Shown piece by piece: positions 31,516 through 35,258 of a DNA stretch of 35,258 bases. Location: IMG/VR virus record IMGVR_UViG_3300031566_000192, positions 1 to 35,258 of that record, one strand, 5' to 3'. The DNA comes from a virus. Under the pieces are notes generated by a model, which was not told the origin of the DNA, did not search any database, and saw only the letters and a list, made by a program, of their open reading frames with translations. The position numbers and the translations under genes were made by a program. Position 1 is the first letter of the stretch; the number at the start of each line of letters is the position of its first letter.

Positions 31516-31533
31516 GGCCCTTTTTCAAGGGCC
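31516..31533 (-). other. Stable hairpin with a GAAA tetraloop between the DUF669 and methyltransferase genes
   Basis: The minus strand reads GGCCCTT GAAA AAGGGCC followed only by TTTCC. This could be a weak terminator, attenuator or RNA-stability element. Confidence 0.45.
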
Positions 31534-31552
31534 AGTCATTTGCGTTGTGTTT

Positions 31553-31996
31553 TTAAAAAATCGGCTTTCCGTCCGGGCCTTTTGGTAATTCGGCGGCTTG
31601 CTTTGGTGCACCATTGTCAAGTTTCTTGTATGCGGTGATTGAGTTTTTCTCGCCGTAGTCGTCCGTGTATTCTTTCACGTTCACAAGACACTCAAGACCA
31701 ACAAGTTGATCCGGTGACGTGAATTTCGAAAGATTTGCACCCGACGCAACAACAAGAGACTTGATTTGACCTAGTCCAATTTGAACCGCTTGAGGGTTTG
31801 CGTTTGCAATGTTGTATTGTTCGAAAAGTTTACGGCCGTTTTGTTGCTCGCCCGTAATGTTGAATTGAACTTTGATCATTTGACCGCCGGACTTTGTGTC
31901 GGCAAGTTCCGCTTTTTCAACTTGAACAAGGTAAGTTCCTTTTGGAACGACACCGCCGTTCGATGCCTCAATTTCTTCTAAATTAAAATCAAACAT
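31553..31996 (-). CDS. DUF669 protein (putative ssDNA-binding partner of Sak4)
   Basis: VPKGTYLVQVEKAELADTKSGGQMIKVQFNITGE...GRKLFEQYNI fits DUF669. It is adjacent to the AAA_24 ATPase, the usual gene pairing. Confidence 0.65.
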   Translation of the reverse strand: MFDFNLEEIEASNGGVVPKGTYLVQVEKAELADTKSGGQMIKVQFNITGEQQNGRKLFEQYNIANANPQAVQIGLGQIKSLVVASGANLSKFTSPDQLVGLECLVNVKEYTDDYGEKNSITAYKKLDNGAPKQAAELPKGPDGKPIF

Positions 31997-32723
31997 TCGT
32001 TTTCTCCTTTGTTGATTTGTTGTTCATTTTTGTCACTATGTTTGCAATGTTTGCAAGCTCAAATTGATCGAGATTTCCCGACCTATCCTTTGCAACATTG
32101 TTTTCGTATTTGCTTGTCACTAAAAATCTTTGATTTTTTCCCTCGTCATTTGTGAAAACTTTCAATTGAAAACATTCGTCAAACAACGCCGGGATTCTTG
32201 TTGAGATTTTTCCGTTGATATCAATTCCAGTGAAACGACGTCCGGTTTCATCTTTGTCATATGACTCAAGTGCGAAAATCAAAATGTTATATGGTGCAAA
32301 GTCTCGGAGTGCTTTCACAAAACCTTGAACGCCGTCGTTGTATTCGCCCCACAACTTGAGTGCGTCTTTCCCGTCCGGGTGCTTGTCTTTCAAATACTCA
32401 ACAAAACATTGAGTGATTTCCGTCAACGAATCAAAGATCAACCAATCATATTTTTTCTTGTATTCATCTTGATTGAGCATTTCCAGGAAATGCAAAAGTT
32501 TTTGAAATCGAAATTTTCGATCCATTTGTTTTCCGGTTCCGTCAACTGTAATGTCATAGACCGGAATGTTTGAACCACGCAAAGAACGCAACCCATTTTC
32601 AGCATTGACAATGATTGGTTTTCCGGGAACTGTTTTGGCCAGTGTCGTTTTTCCCGAACCACTTTCGCCGTAAACAATTATTGATTGCCGATCGTATTGG
32701 TCGGAGTCCGTTGTTGTAAACAT
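31989..32723 (-). CDS. Sak4-like AAA_24 recombination ATPase
   Basis: Walker A is IIVYGESGSGKTTLAKT and Walker B-like is WLIFDSLTE. ATG 32723 lies 7 nt after AAGGGAG. Confidence 0.82.
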   Translation of the reverse strand: MFTTTDSDQYDRQSIIVYGESGSGKTTLAKTVPGKPIIVNAENGLRSLRGSNIPVYDITVDGTGKQMDRKFRFQKLLHFLEMLNQDEYKKKYDWLIFDSLTEITQCFVEYLKDKHPDGKDALKLWGEYNDGVQGFVKALRDFAPYNILIFALESYDKDETGRRFTGIDINGKISTRIPALFDECFQLKVFTNDEGKNQRFLVTSKYENNVAKDRSGNLDQFELANIANIVTKMNNKSTKEKTNV

Positions 32724-32762
32724 TTTCATTCTCCCTTGTTTTTTTGTTTCGTTTGTGTCAAA

Positions 32763-32791
32763 ACATTAGGACAACGAAAACAATATTTCAA
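32763..32791 (-). promoter_or_regulatory. Promoter candidate TTGAAA-17-TAATGT for the leftward early operon
   Basis: On the minus strand, TTGAAA is the complement of 32786-32791, followed by a 17-nt spacer and TAATGT (complement of 32763-32768). Confidence 0.5.
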
Positions 32792-32801
32792 GGGAAAAAC
32801 A

Positions 32802-33002
32802 ATGAAGTTGAAAAAATTTCTTCAAACGACAAAAATTTCAATTGCAAAGTTTTCAGAAAACACCGGAATCAATGCAAATACATTGCAAACGTATGTTCAC
32901 CAAACAAGTGAACCGACCGTGACAAACGCAATAAAAATCATTGAGTCAACGCACGGTGCCGTTCAACTGAAAGATTTGCAAATTAAAGGAGAGAAAAAAT
33001 GA
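32802..33002 (+). CDS. Cro/CI-type (XRE) helix-turn-helix regulator (66 aa)
   Basis: LKKFLQTTKISIAKFSENTGINANTLQTYVHQ is an HTH pattern. ATG 32802 follows AAGGGA. The gene is divergent from the Sak4 operon. Confidence 0.68.
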   Translation: MKLKKFLQTTKISIAKFSENTGINANTLQTYVHQTSEPTVTNAIKIIESTHGAVQLKDLQIKGEKK

Positions 33003-33325
33003 ACAACACACACGACATGAGTGAAATGACCGACGAGAGACTTCAAAACATTGGGAGAAACTTTGCGGTTGACATGCTTTCACAAGCGGTTGAAACGGCG
33101 AAAACTCCGGAACAACTCAACGGACAACTTCACATTTTGAATTGTGCCGCAATTCACATTCTCGCAACGAACATTTTCAACCGTGCAAGCTTGCCGGATC
33201 AAAATGAAGTTGAGTTGATCATGGAATCGAAAGAATATCTTGAGGATGAAATTCAAACATTGAAAGACCATGCACACGAAATGAAAACGGTTGGAATCGA
33301 CCAAAACAAAAAAGCCGATCAATAA
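32999..33325 (+). CDS. Hypothetical protein (108 aa)
   Basis: Track ORF, with an ATGA overlap to the HTH gene. Confidence 0.75.
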   Translation: MNNTHDMSEMTDERLQNIGRNFAVDMLSQAVETAKTPEQLNGQLHILNCAAIHILATNIFNRASLPDQNEVELIMESKEYLEDEIQTLKDHAHEMKTVGIDQNKKADQ

Positions 33326-33341
33326 TTTTTGACCGGCTTTT
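33310..33341 (+). terminator. Possible weak terminator or attenuator hairpin
   Basis: AAAAGCCG (33310-33317) pairs with CGGCTTTT (33334-33341) around a 16-nt loop that contains the stop codon. The primase RBS follows, so read-through is needed. Confidence 0.35.
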
Positions 33342-33367
33342 CACAAACTTAACCAAAGGATTTGCAA

Positions 33368-35258
33368 ATGTTTAGTGACATAGCAATCGAATATTTCGAA
33401 AGTGATTTATTCGTCATACCATTGCACGGGAAAATCCCACTTGTCAAGAATTGGTCAATGTTTTCGAGACAAAAACCCTCGGAACTCTTGGTCGATTCTT
33501 GGTGCAATAAATACCCAAAAGCAAACGTTGGGTTTCTCACTGGAAAACTCTCCGGGATCATAGCAATCGACATCGACAAAGATTCGGCCCTCTCAATGGT
33601 GCCGCCGTCTCCGGTTGTAAAAAAAGGGAAAAAGGGAGAAACCAGGTTTTTCAAATACAATGGTGAGGCAAATTTCAAGAGACACGATCTCGGAATTGAA
33701 CTTTTGTCAACTGGAAATCAAACGGTCATTCCCGATTCGATTCACCCGGAAACCGGGGAACCGTATGTTTGGACATCGAATGAAACTCTCCTCTCAATTG
33801 ACAAGGATGATTTGCCGATTTTAGGTCAAGAGTTCTTTGACCTTGTTGGACAAGTTGAAACAATCAAAGGCGACACTCTCGGACGTCACAACGCACTCAT
33901 TGAAATTTGTGGTGCAATGGTTGGACGTGGTGAGGATGCGACAAGCATTGTGAATGAACTTCAAAAATATGACGAGGAAAACCACAAACCGCCGTATTTT
34001 ACGGACAAGAGTGAACCGCACAAAGGTTCCGGATATCATGCCGCACTTTCAATGTATATGTCCGTTGTGAAAACATCGTCTCAAAAGGGAGAGTTCGTCG
34101 AACCTAAAAAGATTGAACTCGTCTTTTCGGAGAGTGATATTCAAAAAACAATTGATGAATCAATTGAGACAACAAAAGTTGTGTTTCCGGAACCTCGAGG
34201 ATTCATCAAGGAATTGCGAGACGAGATCATCAAACGTTCACACAAACCAAGACCAAAGTTTGCACTCGCCTCGGCACTTTCAATTGTCGGTTGTGTTTCA
34301 TCGAACAAGGTTGCGTTTGGTGACACGACGCCGAACCTATATCAATTATTGATTGCCGAGTCCGGAGAGGGAAAAGACATTCCCCTCAAGGCCGGGAAAG
34401 AATTGTTCATTGAGTCCGGATTGATTCATTTGGTTGGACTTGAACAATATCGAGGCGACAAGTCAATTGTCAAAAAATTTGAATCACAACGAGAACGAAT
34501 GGACATCATTGACGAGATTTCAAAAGTCTTTCGTTCGGCCAGGTCAAGCAATACTTTTTCAAGCAATATCCCGGAAACCTTGACGGAACTTTGGAACTCG
34601 AGTTCGGGTTTGTTCATGGGATTCACAACAAGTGAGGACACAACCGGAATGACTTTCAATCCTTGCCTCTCTTTGATCGGTGCAACAACTCCGAACGCCT
34701 TTTCGGAAACATTCTCAAATTCAATGTTGATGCAAGGGTTTGGAGGGCGTTTCAATTATGTCTTTGACAATTCCAGGGTTGACCTTGTTGAACCCTCGAG
34801 AACGAGAATGTCGGACGATTTGGACATGTTCCTCACTCATTGGGGACTCATGGAAATCGCAACGGAGAGTGTTGACATCACAAAGACCGGAACCGTCAAA
34901 TTTGATTTCACACAAAAGAAACCGCAAGCGTTGGTGATCCCGACTCTTGAGAAACCTCTCGTCCCTCAAATCCAGGCCGACAAAGAATCGCTTGAATATA
35001 TGAGAGAAAAAATGCACTACTTTCACGAGTTGTCATATTCTTGCGACGAGTCGATCAAACCAATTGTTCAAAGGGCCTATCAGCAAATGAAAAAGATTTG
35101 CTTGATTGATGCGGTCGGCAATGCCGATCCATACACAAAAGAGATTCCAAAAATCACAATGGAGAGTTGTGTCTTTGCGTTCGAATATATCGAGGCGACA
35201 ATCAAAGAGACAAATCAATTTTTCCAGGATTATTTGATCAAATCTCTTTTTCACAAAC
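33368..35258 (+). CDS. Bifunctional primase-polymerase (AEP prim-pol) plus DUF3987 helicase-like domain, 5-prime portion. It is open at the window end and continues at 1..354, for a total of 705 aa.
   Basis: The frame was translated manually from ATG 33368 (RBS AAAGGA) to the window end with no stop. Prim-pol motifs are VGFLTGKLSGIIAIDIDKD and VIPDSIHPETGEPYVW. The DUF3987-like P-loop is LLIAESGEGKD. All track ORFs in this interval are antisense shadows. Confidence 0.9.
   Translation, partial: MFSDIAIEYFESDLFVIPLHGKIPLVKNWSMFSRQKPSELLVDSWCNKYPKANVGFLTGKLSGIIAIDIDKDSALSMVPPSPVVKKGKKGETRFFKYNGEANFKRHDLGIELLSTGNQTVIPDSIHPETGEPYVWTSNETLLSIDKDDLPILGQEFFDLVGQVETIKGDTLGRHNALIEICGAMVGRGEDATSIVNELQKYDEENHKPPYFTDKSEPHKGSGYHAALSMYMSVVKTSSQKGEFVEPKKIELVFSESDIQKTIDESIETTKVVFPEPRGFIKELRDEIIKRSHKPRPKFALASALSIVGCVSSNKVAFGDTTPNLYQLLIAESGEGKDIPLKAGKELFIESGLIHLVGLEQYRGDKSIVKKFESQRERMDIIDEISKVFRSARSSNTFSSNIPETLTELWNSSSGLFMGFTTSEDTTGMTFNPCLSLIGATTPNAFSETFSNSMLMQGFGGRFNYVFDNSRVDLVEPSRTRMSDDLDMFLTHWGLMEIATESVDITKTGTVKFDFTQKKPQALVIPTLEKPLVPQIQADKESLEYMREKMHYFHELSYSCDESIKPIVQRAYQQMKKICLIDAVGNADPYTKEIPKITMESCVFAFEYIEATIKETNQFFQDYLIKSLFHK
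35132..35258. repeat. Terminal direct repeat, copy 2 (identical to 1..127)
   Basis: Exact 127-nt identity, read directly. Confidence 0.97.

Noticed and set aside
32744-32783. Inverted repeat in the HTH/Sak4 intergenic region as a defined operator
   Set aside because: The arms align only with indels (TTGTTTCGTTTGTGTC against TTGTTTTCGTTGTC). It is mentioned as context but is too imperfect to call as a feature.
33349-35254. Six minus-strand track ORFs (33349..33678, 33821..34039, 34141..34326, 34426..34755, 34721..35026, 35033..35254)
   Set aside because: They are antisense shadows of the long plus-strand primase-helicase frame, which has clear prim-pol and P-loop motifs and runs off the window end. 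They have no RBS and no motifs, and their composition is implausible.

Overview
The window is a complete, circularly closed genome of a tailed phage with siphovirus-like architecture. Bases 1-127 are identical to 35132-35258, so the unique length is 35131 bp. The window is cut inside one long gene, a prim-pol/DUF3987 primase-helicase (33368..35258), which continues in frame into 1..354. The ORF track missed this gene because it has no stop before the window end.

Layout:
- 355-656: a repeat-dense, AT-rich intergenic region that could be an origin or regulatory hub.
- 657-4802 (+): small unknown genes, a five-gene block of beta-rich orphan proteins, and a permuted papain-like (YiiX/C92-type) peptidase.
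- 4834-14287 (+): a Mu-like head module followed by neck proteins and the major tail protein. The head module holds small and large terminase, a portal fused to a Mu F/SPP1 gp7 domain, a gpI-like protease-scaffold, a DUF2190 decoration protein and the major capsid protein.
- 14326-14930 (-): an opposite-strand three-gene moron (RHH protein, Zn-ribbon protein, 69-aa protein) with its own promoter.
- 15011-24036 (+): G/GT tail chaperones with a clear A_AAA_AAA -1 frameshift site, tape measure, tail tip proteins and fibers.
- 24033-24602 (-): a 2OG-Fe(II) oxygenase.
- 24728-26322 (+): a lysis cluster with membrane proteins, a Cys-rich lipoprotein and a TIGR02594/NlpC-P60-type endolysin.
- 26649-32723 (-): the early operon, with VRR-NUC nuclease, DEDDh exonuclease, a metzincin-motif peptidase, an SF2 helicase, a compact C5 DNA methyltransferase, DUF669 and a Sak4-like ATPase.
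- 32802 onward (+): a divergent operon with a Cro/CI-type HTH protein, a 108-aa protein and the primase.

I recognised no tRNA, rRNA, CRISPR array, integrase or transposase.

The observations most worth follow-up are:
- the RHH-led moron cassette with overlapping divergent promoters;
- a 9-bp palindrome, GGCCWGGCC, present 9 times in several reading frames and in intergenic DNA;
- a dnaX-like A_AAA_AAG slip site exactly at the portal/MuF domain junction;
- an identical 15-nt palindrome-containing motif upstream of terS and of the oxygenase gene;
- several promoter-to-ATG spacings that imply leaderless mRNAs;
- a sharp codon-usage break in the receptor-binding end of the tail-collar fiber.

All family assignments come from motif recognition by eye. 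No database search was run.
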